A stretch of 64,000 bases of DNA from Pseudomonadota bacterium (GCA_049324495.1 JBMOOP010000110.1:26027-90026), one strand, 5' to 3'; positions 1 to 9,813 are shown, numbered from the stretch's first letter. The notes: generated by a model not told the origin, from the sequence alone. Made by a program: numbers and translations.

Positions 1-1
1 G

Positions 2-604
2 CCGGCATCGGCCGATTGCCAGGCGTCGTGGGCGGCGCTGTGTCGCGGCGTGATCCATTACGAAACGCACATTCATCCGTTGTGGAGCGTCGATCGTCGC
101 CTGTTTGCCGGCGACGGCGTGACGGTGCTTGCCGACCATACCTGCACTACCTGCCACAATTCGCGTACCGCGATGGGAATGCCGCAGGTGCCGGCGGCGC
201 AACTCGATCTGCGCGATGGCATGTCCGGCGAAGTCGCCGACCACATGGCCGCGTACCGCGAATTACTGGCCACCGATGCACAGCAGGAAATTGTCGACGG
301 CACGTTGGTCGACAAGCTGGTGCAGGCGGTCGATGCCAGCGGCAGCTTGGTGTTCGAAACCGACGCCAGTGGCAACCTCTTCCTCGACAGCAACGGCCAG
401 CCGATCCCGGTGATGGTCACCGTTCCCCTCATGCCGTCGCTGGTCGCGGGTAATGCGCGCGGCAGCCAGCGCTTCTTCCTGTCGTTCGCCGCCGGCGGCA
501 ACCACGCCGGCTGGCTCACCGATGCCGAGTTGCGTCTGCTCGCCGAGTGGGTCGATATTGGCGCCCAGTATTTCAACGATCCATTCGCAGCGCCGCTGAA
601 TTAA
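2..604 (+). CDS. C-terminal part of a secreted c-type-cytochrome-like protein (hydrazine-synthase-alpha-related type), truncated by the window edge
   Basis: Frame 2 is open from base 2. It contains CTTCH (CxxCH haem-binding motif) and a C-terminal AEWVDIGAQYFNDPF segment typical of HzsA-like/cytochrome-associated proteins. Confidence 0.6.
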   Translation, partial: PASADCQASWAALCRGVIHYETHIHPLWSVDRRLFAGDGVTVLADHTCTTCHNSRTAMGMPQVPAAQLDLRDGMSGEVADHMAAYRELLATDAQQEIVDGTLVDKLVQAVDASGSLVFETDASGNLFLDSNGQPIPVMVTVPLMPSLVAGNARGSQRFFLSFAAGGNHAGWLTDAELRLLAEWVDIGAQYFNDPFAAPLN

Positions 605-1368
605 TGATGCTGACCGCAGCGGTACGCCACATGATTTTCTTTTGCTGCATGCTGGTTGCGCTGCAGGCGTTACTGGCAACGGCCGCGCACGCGGCTTCGC
701 CGGGAAAAGTCACGGTGGTCGACCCGTTCGTCGAATTGCACAGCGGTGCTGGGCGCGGCTACCCGGTGCTGGAGATCGTTGAGCAAGGCGGCGAGGTCGA
801 GGTGCTCGAAAGCCGTACCACCTGGTATCGCCTGCGCACCCGGCGCGGTACCGAAGGCTGGGCATCGCGTGTGCAAATGTTGCGCACGCTGACGCCCGCT
901 GGCGAAACGTTCCACGAGGACGAAACCACTGCGGAAGACTTCATTGATCATCGCCATGAAATTGGCGCGCTGCTTGGTGATTTCGACGGCAGCGCGCTGA
1001 TGGGCCTGTACGGCGCGTGGCGTTTTACGCCGAACCTGACTACCGAACTTGCCGCCGGACAGGCGATTGGCCGCTCCGCCGACAGCCTGGTGATTGACGT
1101 GTCGCTCGCTGGCTATCCGTTTCCGGCGATGAAGTATTCGCCCTATGCCGGCATTGGCACCGGCCTCGTGCAGACGCGGCCATCTTCCATTCTGGTTGGC
1201 GCGAATCGCCGCGAAGACCAGTCGCTCAGCGTCGCGCTGGGTGTCAAAGGCTGGGTTTCGCGGGCTTTCGTCCTGCGCCTTGAATATCGACAGTACCTGC
1301 TGCTCACCAGCCGGGAAGAACACGAGAAACTCGACACATGGAAAGCCGGACTCGCCGTATTTTTCTAA
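604..1368 (+). CDS. SH3-domain protein with C-terminal outer-membrane beta-barrel-like region
   Basis: Signal peptide, then VTVVDPFVELHSGAGRGYPVLEIVEQGGEVEVLESRTTWYRLRTRRGTEGWASR (bacterial SH3). ATG at 604 overlaps the upstream stop. Confidence 0.7.
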   Translation: MMLTAAVRHMIFFCCMLVALQALLATAAHAASPGKVTVVDPFVELHSGAGRGYPVLEIVEQGGEVEVLESRTTWYRLRTRRGTEGWASRVQMLRTLTPAGETFHEDETTAEDFIDHRHEIGALLGDFDGSALMGLYGAWRFTPNLTTELAAGQAIGRSADSLVIDVSLAGYPFPAMKYSPYAGIGTGLVQTRPSSILVGANRREDQSLSVALGVKGWVSRAFVLRLEYRQYLLLTSREEHEKLDTWKAGLAVFF

Positions 1369-2036
1369 GTGCCGTGCAGCGCGCCATTCCGGTCGCGCTG
1401 CTGGCGGCATCACTCGTCATGCCGGTCGGATTCGCGCGCGCGGACGAACCGCCGGTCGATCCGCTGGATCCGTCGTCTGAAGCGCCGCTGGTCGATCCGG
1501 ATGTTGCGCGTCGCGAAGTCGACGAGGTGAAGATCGACAAACAGGACCTTGAACTCGGCGTTTACGGCGGCATGCTGTCGATCGAGGATTTCGGCAGCGC
1601 ACCAATGGTGGGCGTGATGCTTGCCTGGCATTTTACCGAAGACCTGTTCTTGCAGGGCCACGTCTATTCCTCGCAGGCCGGACTTACCAGCTACGAAGTG
1701 TTGAGCGGCTCGGCGCGCCTGTTGACCGACAGTGAGCGCGATTACTCCGGCTACGATCTCTCGGTAGGCTATAACCTGTTTCCTGGCGAAGCATTCATTG
1801 GCCGCAAGCGCGCCTACAACACCGCGTTCTACCTGCTTTCCGGCATCGGCTCGACGAAGTTCGGCGGCGACGACCGTTTCACGCTCAATCTCGGCGTCGG
1901 CTACCGTCTGTTGCTCACCGACTGGTTGGCCTGGCATATCGGCTTTCGCGACCACGTGTTCGCCTCTGACATCACCGGCCAGGACAAGAACACGCACAAC
2001 ATGGAAATACAGACCGGAATTTCCAGCTTTTTCTGA
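1338..2036 (+). CDS. Outer membrane beta-barrel domain-containing protein
   Basis: Signal peptide, alternating beta-strand pattern and terminal aromatic residue (ISSFF). Tandem with the SH3-barrel gene. Confidence 0.65.
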   Translation: MESRTRRIFLSAVQRAIPVALLAASLVMPVGFARADEPPVDPLDPSSEAPLVDPDVARREVDEVKIDKQDLELGVYGGMLSIEDFGSAPMVGVMLAWHFTEDLFLQGHVYSSQAGLTSYEVLSGSARLLTDSERDYSGYDLSVGYNLFPGEAFIGRKRAYNTAFYLLSGIGSTKFGGDDRFTLNLGVGYRLLLTDWLAWHIGFRDHVFASDITGQDKNTHNMEIQTGISSFF

Positions 2037-2083
2037 AAGCCGGATTGTTGCGAAGAAATCACCTTGTTGACGAGGAACAGAAC

Positions 2084-2584
2084 ATGACGCGCGATATCTT
2101 CCGGATATTCCTGCTTGGCGCTTTCCTGCTCGCGTCGTTCGCCGCATCCGGCGCCGACACCACAGGCAAGACCGCGCCGGACTTCACACTGAAGAGCACC
2201 ACCGGCAAGAACGTGCGGCTTGCCGAGCATCGCGGCGACGTGATGATGGTCAATTTCTGGGCGACCTGGTGCGGCCCGTGCCGGCAGGAAATGCCGCTGC
2301 TCGAAAAGATCAACAAGAAATACAAGGGCCTCGGGTTCACGCTGCTCGGCGTCAATGTGGAAGCCGATTCGTCGAACATGGAGAAATATCTGAAGGACGT
2401 ACCGGTGACTTTCCCTATCCTCAAAGATGACGCCAATAGCGTCGCGAAACTCTATGGAGTTGACGGCATGCCGAGCACTGTGATCATCGACCGCAACGGC
2501 ATCGTGCGTTTCATCCACCGCGGCTACAAGCCCGGCTACGAGCAGAAGTACGAGCAACAGGTCAAGCAATTGGTGATGGAGTAA
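2084..2584 (+). CDS. TlpA-family thiol:disulfide oxidoreductase
   Basis: Signal peptide plus APDFTLKSTTGKNVRLAEHRGDVMMVNFWATWCGPCRQEMPLLEKI with a WCGPC active site. Confidence 0.9.
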   Translation: MTRDIFRIFLLGAFLLASFAASGADTTGKTAPDFTLKSTTGKNVRLAEHRGDVMMVNFWATWCGPCRQEMPLLEKINKKYKGLGFTLLGVNVEADSSNMEKYLKDVPVTFPILKDDANSVAKLYGVDGMPSTVIIDRNGIVRFIHRGYKPGYEQKYEQQVKQLVME

Positions 2585-2586
2585 GT

Positions 2587-2805
2587 ATGCAACGGTTTCT
2601 CGCGCTGCTTCTTGCTGCAACCATGTTGGGCGGCTGCGCAATCAAGCCGTGGGTGGCGCCGTACGAGCGCAACCTGCTGGCCGAGCCGTCGATGAGCTTC
2701 GGCCGCGACCCGGTGAGCGACAATTACATGAATCATGTGTTCGAGGCGCGTGAAGGCGCGCGTGGCGCGGCAGGCGGTGGCGGGGGCGGTTGTGGCTGCA
2801 GTTGA
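2587..2805 (+). CDS. DUF4266-like small lipoprotein with Gly-rich Cys C-terminus
   Basis: 72 aa; lipobox LGGC; conserved-looking core KPWVAPYERNLLAEPSM...; C-terminus GGGGGGCGCS. Confidence 0.8.
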   Translation: MQRFLALLLAATMLGGCAIKPWVAPYERNLLAEPSMSFGRDPVSDNYMNHVFEAREGARGAAGGGGGGCGCS

Positions 2806-3955
2806 CGGTCGCGACGACGTGTTGCGGGAGTTGCGGCAGGCAGTTGCCGCTGTGCTTGCCGTTGCGGCATTTCCGGCGTGCGCCACTGTCCTGCCCGAAG
2901 AGCGCGCCGACGTGCTCTATCACCACTACCACGGCGGCGGCATGGACATTTCCGGCCCGTCGGTGCTGGTGCGCAAGAACTGGCGCGACAAGGTGTCGGT
3001 GTCGGCGAATTATTATGTCGACAGTGTCACCAGCGCCTCGATTGACGTGATGACCACGGCCAGTCCTTACACCGAACAGCGCAACGAGACCCGGTTCGGC
3101 GTTGATTACCTGCACGACAAAACCGTGATGGGCGTTAGCTGGGTGCGCTCCGAGGAAAACGATTACTCGGCCAGCACAGCCGGCTTTTCCTTCAGCCAGG
3201 ATTTTTTCGGCGACCTGACCACGCTCAATTTCGGTTATGCGCTCGGCAACGACGAAGTGCGGCGCAATGGCGATCCGTCATTCGCCGAACCCGTCAATCG
3301 CCAGACGTTCAATCTCGGGCTTGCACAGGTGTTGTCGAAACGCGCCGTGCTTGGTCTTGCCTGGGATGTCACCGCCGACCAGGGTTATCTGCACAACGCC
3401 TATCGTTCTGTGCGCTTTGCCGATCCAGCCAGCACGCTTGGTTACGGTTATCAGGGCGAGGTGTATCCGCACACCCGCACCAGCAATGCCGCCGCGCTGC
3501 GCGTCGCGTACCATCTGCCGTGGCAGGACGCATTGCGCGCCGAGTACCGTATCTATACCGATACCTGGGGTGTCGGCGCGCAAAACCTCGAGCTGGCCTA
3601 CACCCGCAACATTTCGCCGAACTGGCGCATCGATACGCGCGTGCGAACCTACAGCCAGGATCGCGCCGATTTCTACAGCGACATATTCCCGTATCGCGAC
3701 GCGCAAAACTACTTGGCGCGCGACAAAGAGCTGTCGACCTTCGACTCGTTGTTGTTCGGGTTTGGCGCCAGTTACCAGCTAAAGGCGCCGGAAGCCAGCC
3801 GCTGGAAGCAGATGAGCTTCAATCTGCAACTGGATTTGATCCAGTTCGACTATGCCGATTTTCGTGATGTGCGCGTGATTTCTGCGCCTGGCACCGAGCC
3901 GCCGTACGGCTACGATGCGACCGTCACGCGGCTGTACTGGTCGCTCTGGTACTAA
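2792..3955 (+). CDS. DUF3570 domain-containing outer-membrane-type protein
   Basis: LPEERADVLYHHYHGGGMDISGPSVLVRKNWRDKVSVSANYYVDSVTSASIDVMTTASPYTEQRNE. Probable GTG start at 2792 overlaps the upstream gene. Confidence 0.8.
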   Translation: MAAVDGRDDVLRELRQAVAAVLAVAAFPACATVLPEERADVLYHHYHGGGMDISGPSVLVRKNWRDKVSVSANYYVDSVTSASIDVMTTASPYTEQRNETRFGVDYLHDKTVMGVSWVRSEENDYSASTAGFSFSQDFFGDLTTLNFGYALGNDEVRRNGDPSFAEPVNRQTFNLGLAQVLSKRAVLGLAWDVTADQGYLHNAYRSVRFADPASTLGYGYQGEVYPHTRTSNAAALRVAYHLPWQDALRAEYRIYTDTWGVGAQNLELAYTRNISPNWRIDTRVRTYSQDRADFYSDIFPYRDAQNYLARDKELSTFDSLLFGFGASYQLKAPEASRWKQMSFNLQLDLIQFDYADFRDVRVISAPGTEPPYGYDATVTRLYWSLWY

Positions 3956-3960
3956 TTCTT

Positions 3961-5277
3961 TTACCGCGAGTGCAACACCCGGTTCCCCAGCATCGTGAAC
4001 AACACCCGGCCCTGCATCTGTTCGCCGAGAAACGGTGAGTTGCGTCCCGCCGATACCATCGCGTCCGGGCCTTCGTTGCCGAGCGTGTAGCGCGCTTGCG
4101 GGTCGAACAGGCAGAAATCCGCGCGTTCGTTGACGCGCAGGCTGCCGCCGGCAACGCCGAAACAGGCAGCGGGCCGGCTGGTGAGTGCGCCGATTGCCTG
4201 CGACAGCGTCAATACGCCTTCTTCAACCAGTCGCAGTGTCAGCGAAAGCAGCGTTTCCGTGCCGCTGATGCCCGGGCGCGCTGCCGGGAACGGCGCCTGT
4301 TTGTCGGAGCTTTCGCAGGGTTGGTGATCCGAACAGATTGCGTCGATGGTGCCATCGGCAACCGCCTGGCGCAGGGCATCGCGGTCGGCGAGCGAACGCA
4401 GCGGCGGGCGAACATGCGCCAGCGCGTTGAAACCCTCAATCGCGCTTTCGGTAAGCAGCAGCTGGTGCACGGCGACATCCGCCGTCACTTTCAACCCCTT
4501 GCGGCGCGCCTCGGCGATCATCGCGACGGCACCGGCAGTCGACAGCTGCGCGAAGTGCGCGCGTACCCCGGTGTGTGCGACCAGCTCAAGATCGCGCGCC
4601 ACAGCAACGGTTTCCGCCATCGCCGGAATGCCCGGCAGGCCCAGACGCGTGGCGACGGCTCCTTCATGCGCGCAACCGCCGGCGGCGAGATCCACGTCTT
4701 CTGGATGAAATACGACGGCAAGATCGAATGTTGCCGCGTATTCGAGCGCGCGGCGCAGCACCTGATTGCTGGCCATCGCGCGCCGCCGATTGCTCACAGC
4801 CACACAGCCGGCCTGCTTGAGCGCGGCCATGTCGGCGAGTTGTTCGCCGGCGAGGCCTTGCGTCATCGCGCCGACCACCCACACCCAGCTGCGCCGTGCA
4901 CTTGAGGCGGTCTCGTGCATCTGGCGGACAACGGCGGTGGTGTCGGCAATCGGGAAAGTATCTGGAGGACAAACTGCGTGGGTGACGCCGCCGGCGGCGC
5001 AGGCGGCCAGTTCGCGGATCATGCCCTTGCTGTGCTCGGCGCCCGGTTTTTTCAGGCTGACTGACGTGTCGATGAGGCCCGGTGCGGCGATGAGGCCGCT
5101 GGCGTCGACTTCGCGCTCGGCAAGGAAGCCGCTCGCCGTCGCGCCGATGGCAACCAGCTTGCCGTCAAGAACGTAAAGGTCAGCGATAACATCCAGTTGT
5201 TGCGATGGGTCGATGACGCGCGCACCGCGGATCGCGAGGCGGCCATTGAGCTTGCCTTCAGCCGGTAAGTCACTCAT
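3961..5277 (-). CDS. pyrX: Dihydroorotase-like protein, probably non-catalytic (PyrX/PyrC')
   Basis: Amidohydrolase/DHOase-like fold sequence directly downstream of pyrB. The canonical D-x-H-x-H is replaced by DTSVS. Confidence 0.85.
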   Translation of the reverse strand: MSDLPAEGKLNGRLAIRGARVIDPSQQLDVIADLYVLDGKLVAIGATASGFLAEREVDASGLIAAPGLIDTSVSLKKPGAEHSKGMIRELAACAAGGVTHAVCPPDTFPIADTTAVVRQMHETASSARRSWVWVVGAMTQGLAGEQLADMAALKQAGCVAVSNRRRAMASNQVLRRALEYAATFDLAVVFHPEDVDLAAGGCAHEGAVATRLGLPGIPAMAETVAVARDLELVAHTGVRAHFAQLSTAGAVAMIAEARRKGLKVTADVAVHQLLLTESAIEGFNALAHVRPPLRSLADRDALRQAVADGTIDAICSDHQPCESSDKQAPFPAARPGISGTETLLSLTLRLVEEGVLTLSQAIGALTSRPAACFGVAGGSLRVNERADFCLFDPQARYTLGNEGPDAMVSAGRNSPFLGEQMQGRVLFTMLGNRVLHSR

Positions 5278-5302
5278 TGCCCGCTCCGTAAGCTCGCCGT
5301 CT

Positions 5303-6325
5303 TCATTCGGTGGCCGGGGCGTGGCCCTGGCCATTCATGCACATTGCCATCACCGCCATGCGCACCGCGATGCCGAACGTCACCTGCTGTAAAATCACCG
5401 ACTGCGGGCCGTCGGCGATATCGCTGGCAATTTCGACGCCGCGATTGATCGGGCCCGGGTGCATCACGATCGCATCCGGTTTCGCTACGCGCATCTTTTC
5501 ACCGGTGAGACCATAGAGCCGGTAAAACTCCTGCTCGGAAGGCAGCAGGGCTGTCTGCATGCGTTCTTTCTGCAGCCGCAGTGCCATCACCACGTCGGCA
5601 TCGCGGATGCCCTCGACGAGATTGGTATAAACCTTCGCGCCCAGCGACTCGGCATCGGCCGGCAACAAGGTGCGTGGCGCGACAATACGCACGTCCGGGC
5701 AGCCGAGCGCGCGCAGCGCAGCGATGCCGGAGCGTGCGACCCGCGAGTGCAGGATGTCGCCGATGATCGTCACAGTGAGTTTGGTGAAGTCGCCCTTGCA
5801 ATGGCGGATGGTGAACATGTCGAGCATCGCTTGAGTTGGATGCGCGTGGCGGCCGTCGCCGGCATTGATCACAGCGACTTTCGGCGTCACATGCCGGGCA
5901 ATGAAATCCGGCGCGCCGGGATCACCATGGCGCACGATGAACATATCGGCGCCCATCGCTTCAAGATTCCAGAGCATGTCCATCAGTGTCTCGCCCTTGG
6001 AAGTCGAGGAGCGGCCGATATCGATGTTGAGTACGTCGGCAGACAGACGTTTGGCGGCCACCTCGAAGGTGGTGCGGGTGCGGGTACTGGGTTCGAAGAA
6101 CAGGTTCACCACGGTCTTGCCACGCAGCAGGGGCAATTTTTTCGCCGCGCGTTCGCCGGCGATAACAAAAGATGCGGCGGTGTCGAGGATTTCGGTGAGA
6201 GTTGCGCGCGACAGGCCATCAATGGTGAGGAAGTGCCTCAGCCGGCCTTCTTTGTCCAGTTGCAGATCATCGAGTTGCGGGCGCGCGTGGACTGCACTGC
6301 TTTCGGCAAAATCGGCGGTCGTCAT
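5303..6325 (-). CDS. pyrB: Aspartate carbamoyltransferase catalytic subunit
   Basis: [31 protein letters not shown] and [12 protein letters not shown] motifs. Start taken at MTTADFAES. Confidence 0.95.
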   Translation of the reverse strand: MTTADFAESSAVHARPQLDDLQLDKEGRLRHFLTIDGLSRATLTEILDTAASFVIAGERAAKKLPLLRGKTVVNLFFEPSTRTRTTFEVAAKRLSADVLNIDIGRSSTSKGETLMDMLWNLEAMGADMFIVRHGDPGAPDFIARHVTPKVAVINAGDGRHAHPTQAMLDMFTIRHCKGDFTKLTVTIIGDILHSRVARSGIAALRALGCPDVRIVAPRTLLPADAESLGAKVYTNLVEGIRDADVVMALRLQKERMQTALLPSEQEFYRLYGLTGEKMRVAKPDAIVMHPGPINRGVEIASDIADGPQSVILQQVTFGIAVRMAVMAMCMNGQGHAPATE

Positions 6326-6420
6326 GCAAAGATTCCTGTCAGGACCGGTGCTTTGCCCGAGCTGGGCTTGTCGTGTCGCTGGCGGTGCAATTCTAGCCGG
6401 GCTGCGCTCCGGGTGCGAGT

Positions 6421-6879
6421 CTAGCTGTGGGGCTGTTGTGCCAGCCACGCCTCGACGATCAGCGCTGCTGCCAGCGCATCGACTGCCGGCTGGCCGCGCT
6501 TTTGTTCCGCGCGCAGCAACGCGTTGCGAGCTTCGAAACTCGACAGCCGTTCGTCGATAACCGCGACCGGCAGGACCAGACGGCCGGCGAGCTTGCGCGC
6601 AAAGCTGCGCGCGCAGGTCGACATTTCACTTTCGCTGCCATCCATATTCAATGGCAGCCCGACCACCAGCTGGTCGGGCTGCCATTCGGCGACCAGCTTG
6701 CCGATCTGCTCCCAGTCCGGTGCGCCGTCGCGCGTCGGCAGTACGGTGAGCGGTCGTGCGGTGCCGGTCAGGGTATTGCCAATGGCAATGCCGATACGTT
6801 TGGTGCCGAAATCGAAACCCAGGATGGTGGCTTCCCGGTGACCGGACGACGGGTTGCAAGGAGAGTGGTTGCCGGACAT
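6421..6879 (-). CDS. ruvX: Holliday junction resolvase-like RuvX/YqgF
   Basis: [31 protein letters not shown] and DERLSSFEA motifs. Confidence 0.93.
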   Translation of the reverse strand: MSGNHSPCNPSSGHREATILGFDFGTKRIGIAIGNTLTGTARPLTVLPTRDGAPDWEQIGKLVAEWQPDQLVVGLPLNMDGSESEMSTCARSFARKLAGRLVLPVAVIDERLSSFEARNALLRAEQKRGQPAVDALAAALIVEAWLAQQPHS

Positions 6880-7764
6880 TCAGCCGCCCTCCGATGACAC
6901 CGCGCGCCGCTCATCGAATTTCCAGGTACGGATGACCTCGAGAATGTCGGTGATCTTGCGCATCTCCGGCGGGAATGGCGCAAACGGTGCCGCCAGTCGC
7001 ACGCTGCGCATGGCGGCTTCGTCGAGAAAGCGATGTCCTGATGATTTCAGTATCTCGATGGCGCGCACCTCACCGTTCGGGTTGAGCGCGACCATCAGGC
7101 GCACCTGACCGAAGATCTGGTTGCGCAACGCCTGCTCGGGAAAATTGCGCGTACCCACTTCCTCTACCTCGCGGCGGAAGGCTTCAACATACAGCGCGTC
7201 GAAACTCTCGCGGGTCGATACCGAGGTCAGCTGACGCACTTTCGGCCGTTTTGCGTAGGCTTCTTTCTCGCGTGCCAGCTGCGCTTCGAGGCTGGCAATC
7301 TCACGCTGCTGGCGTTCGGCTGCGTCGACCTCTGCCTTGCGGGCATCCTTTGCATCGCGCTGCTGACGTGTCTTGCCGGTCTTGCGCGCCTTGGTGTTGT
7401 GGGTGACCACAAGGTTGTGCCGCGTTGCGGTGGCGGGTGCGCGGGCGGACTCCTCTTCCTGGAGTGTCTCGCGGATTGTGTTGTCTTCGATCGGGGCGTG
7501 TTCGGTGGTGGTCAGCAGCCGCTTGTCGATTTCAGTGCCGGAGCCGATCTGGTTGGCCTGGGCAACGAAATCGGCCTCGCGCGGGGCCTGCGTACTGCGG
7601 AAGTGGGCCAGCGTGACTTCGAGGACACTCGGACTGCGTTTGGCGTCCTCGGGAATAAATCCCACGGTCAGCGCGACCAATGCATGCAGGCTCATTGCGG
7701 CGACGATCGCCCAGGTCAGGCGGTCGCCGGATTGGTGCCAGGGCAGCGGCAAGGCGTCGTTCAT
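6880..7764 (-). CDS. Energy transducer TonB family protein
   Basis: N-terminal TM, Arg/Lys/Gln-rich linker and TonB C-terminal domain (VRLMVALNPNGEVRAIEILKSSGHRFLDEAAMRSVRLAAPFAPFP). Confidence 0.88.
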   Translation of the reverse strand: MNDALPLPWHQSGDRLTWAIVAAMSLHALVALTVGFIPEDAKRSPSVLEVTLAHFRSTQAPREADFVAQANQIGSGTEIDKRLLTTTEHAPIEDNTIRETLQEEESARAPATATRHNLVVTHNTKARKTGKTRQQRDAKDARKAEVDAAERQQREIASLEAQLAREKEAYAKRPKVRQLTSVSTRESFDALYVEAFRREVEEVGTRNFPEQALRNQIFGQVRLMVALNPNGEVRAIEILKSSGHRFLDEAAMRSVRLAAPFAPFPPEMRKITDILEVIRTWKFDERRAVSSEGG

Positions 7765-8726
7765 CGCATTCGTTTGCCGCCGGTCAGGCGGGCGGCGAGG
7801 TGCTCGAGCAGCTGCCCGGCGATGTCGAGGCCGAAAGCGGCGTCGAGCTCACGAATACAAGTCGGGCTGGTTACGTTGATCTCGGTGAGATAGTCACCGA
7901 TCACGTCTATGCCGACGAAAAAAAGCCCTTTTTCCCGGAGAGTTGGCCCCACTTGCGCGGCGATCCAGCGATCACGGGCGGTCAGTTCCCGGCCCTCGCC
8001 CCGGCCACCGGCGGCGAGATTGCCGCGGGTCTCTCCGTCCTGCGGGATGCGAGCGAGGGCGAACGGTATCGGTTCGCCGTTGATCAGCAGGATGCGCTTG
8101 TCGCCGGTGCGGATTTCCGGGATGTAGCGCTGGGCCATCACATGCAGGGTGTCGAGTGCGGTGAGGATTTCCAGGGTGGCGCCGATGTTGGGGCCGTCGG
8201 CGGTCAACCGAAAGACGCCAGCGCCACCCATCGCGTCCAGCGGCTTGACGATCACATCGCCCTGCTCGCGGATGAACTGGCGCAGGCGGGCGCTGTCGCT
8301 GCTGACCAGGGTCGGCACCATGCATTGCGGGAAGCGGGCGGCAAACAGCTTCTCGTTGGCATCGCGGACGCTGCCCGGACGGTTGGCGATCAACGCCCCG
8401 GCGGCCTCGGCACACTCGAGGATGTAGGTGATGTACAGGTAGGCATTGGTGATCGGTGGGTCCTGGCGCATCAGGATGATGTCGATCTCGGCCAGCGCGA
8501 TGTCGCCGCCGGCGGACAGCGTGTACCAGTCGGTCCGGTCGTCGCGAACCTCGAGAGCGCGCCAGCGGCCGCGCGCAACGCCGTCGCGCATGTAAAGGTC
8601 GCCGGGCTCGAAATAACGGATGTGCCAGCCGCGCGCGCGCGCGGCCAGCAACATGGCAAAGGTCGAATCCTTGTATGGCTTGATGCCCTGGATGGGGTCC
8701 ATCACCACACCGAGAGTCACGGGCAT
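7761..8726 (-). CDS. gshB: Glutathione synthetase
   Basis: LGVVMDPIQGIKPYKDSTFAMLLAA, VVKPLDAMGGAGVFRL and INVTSPTCIRELD. Confidence 0.96.
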   Translation of the reverse strand: MPVTLGVVMDPIQGIKPYKDSTFAMLLAARARGWHIRYFEPGDLYMRDGVARGRWRALEVRDDRTDWYTLSAGGDIALAEIDIILMRQDPPITNAYLYITYILECAEAAGALIANRPGSVRDANEKLFAARFPQCMVPTLVSSDSARLRQFIREQGDVIVKPLDAMGGAGVFRLTADGPNIGATLEILTALDTLHVMAQRYIPEIRTGDKRILLINGEPIPFALARIPQDGETRGNLAAGGRGEGRELTARDRWIAAQVGPTLREKGLFFVGIDVIGDYLTEINVTSPTCIRELDAAFGLDIAGQLLEHLAARLTGGKRMR

Positions 8727-9031
8727 CGCAGTTGTCGCCGGAAGTTTGGGGGTGAATCGAGGGGCGCATCGCCGGGTGAATCGCAGCGCGCCCGGCGGCT
8801 ATCGTAGCCAATGCCCGTACTGGCCGATAGGGCCGTTGAAAATGGTGCGCGCCGGCAGCGCGCAGAGAGGCATTTTCCCCGTGTTTATGGGGGGTTATAG
8901 CTTGAACATGGAAACTGTGTTAAAAACGCCCCTTGATGTATTTCAGGCCTTTTTCGTAAGGCTGGCCGACTCCGGAAGAACAATTTTCCGGGCGGTGGAT
9001 ACCAACCACAGACACGCAAGGCTGCCTGACG

Positions 9032-9415
9032 ATGAGCCAGAATCTCGAAGGTCTGAAGGTCATGGTCATTGATGACTCAAAGACCATTCGCCGTACCGCT
9101 GAAACCCTTTTGCAGAAAGCCGGTTGCGAGGTGATCACCGCCACCGATGGCTTCGATGCCCTGGCCAAGATTGCCGACACCCGCCCCGACATCATCTTCG
9201 TTGATATCATGATGCCGCGCCTGGATGGCTATCAAACCTGTGCCCTGATCAAGAACAACAGCAATTTCAAGAGTACCCCGGTGATCATGCTGTCCTCCAA
9301 GGACGGCCTGTTCGACAAGGCCAAGGGCCGCATTGTCGGTTCCGATCAGTACCTCACCAAACCCTTCAGCAAGGACGAACTGCTCGGCGCTATTGAGCAG
9401 CACGTCAAGAAGTAA
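9032..9415 (+). CDS. pilG: Twitching motility response regulator PilG
   Basis: CheY-like receiver (VMVIDDSKTIRRTAETLL, DIMMPRLDGYQTC), first gene of the pil-chp cluster. Confidence 0.93.
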   Translation: MSQNLEGLKVMVIDDSKTIRRTAETLLQKAGCEVITATDGFDALAKIADTRPDIIFVDIMMPRLDGYQTCALIKNNSNFKSTPVIMLSSKDGLFDKAKGRIVGSDQYLTKPFSKDELLGAIEQHVKK

Positions 9416-9432
9416 TCACGCAAAGGCAGGCC

Positions 9433-9801
9433 ATGGCGCGCATCCTGATCGTCGATGATTCGCCCACCGAGACCTACAAGTTTCGTGAAATTCTGGAGCG
9501 TAACGGACACCAGGTGCTGGAGGCGGGCAACGGCGCCGATGGCGTCGCGGTGGCGCGCCAGGAAAAGCCGGATGTGGTGCTGATGGATGTTGTCATGCCG
9601 GGCCTCAACGGCTTTCAGGCGACGCGGCAGCTCACCAAAGGTCCGGATACCGCGCACATTCCCGTGATTATCGTTACCACCAAGGATCAGGAAACCGATC
9701 GCGTCTGGGGCAAACGCCAGGGCGCTCGCGACTACCTGACCAAGCCGGTGGATGAAGCGATGTTGCTGGATGTGATCCGCCGTGCGCTGGCGGGCGTCTG
9801 A
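9433..9801 (+). CDS. pilH: Twitching motility response regulator PilH
   Basis: Receiver domain ILIVDDSPTETYKFREIL, MDVVMPGLNGFQATRQL; synteny. Confidence 0.93.
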   Translation: MARILIVDDSPTETYKFREILERNGHQVLEAGNGADGVAVARQEKPDVVLMDVVMPGLNGFQATRQLTKGPDTAHIPVIIVTTKDQETDRVWGKRQGARDYLTKPVDEAMLLDVIRRALAGV

Positions 9802-9813
9802 CGGTGCGCAACG

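Noticed and set aside
16-453. 145-aa ORF at the window start
   Set aside because: Arg-rich alternative frame overlapping the CxxCH-containing frame that is open from base 2.
5459-6424. 321-aa plus-strand ORF opposite pyrB
   Set aside because: Antisense shadow of pyrB codon bias.
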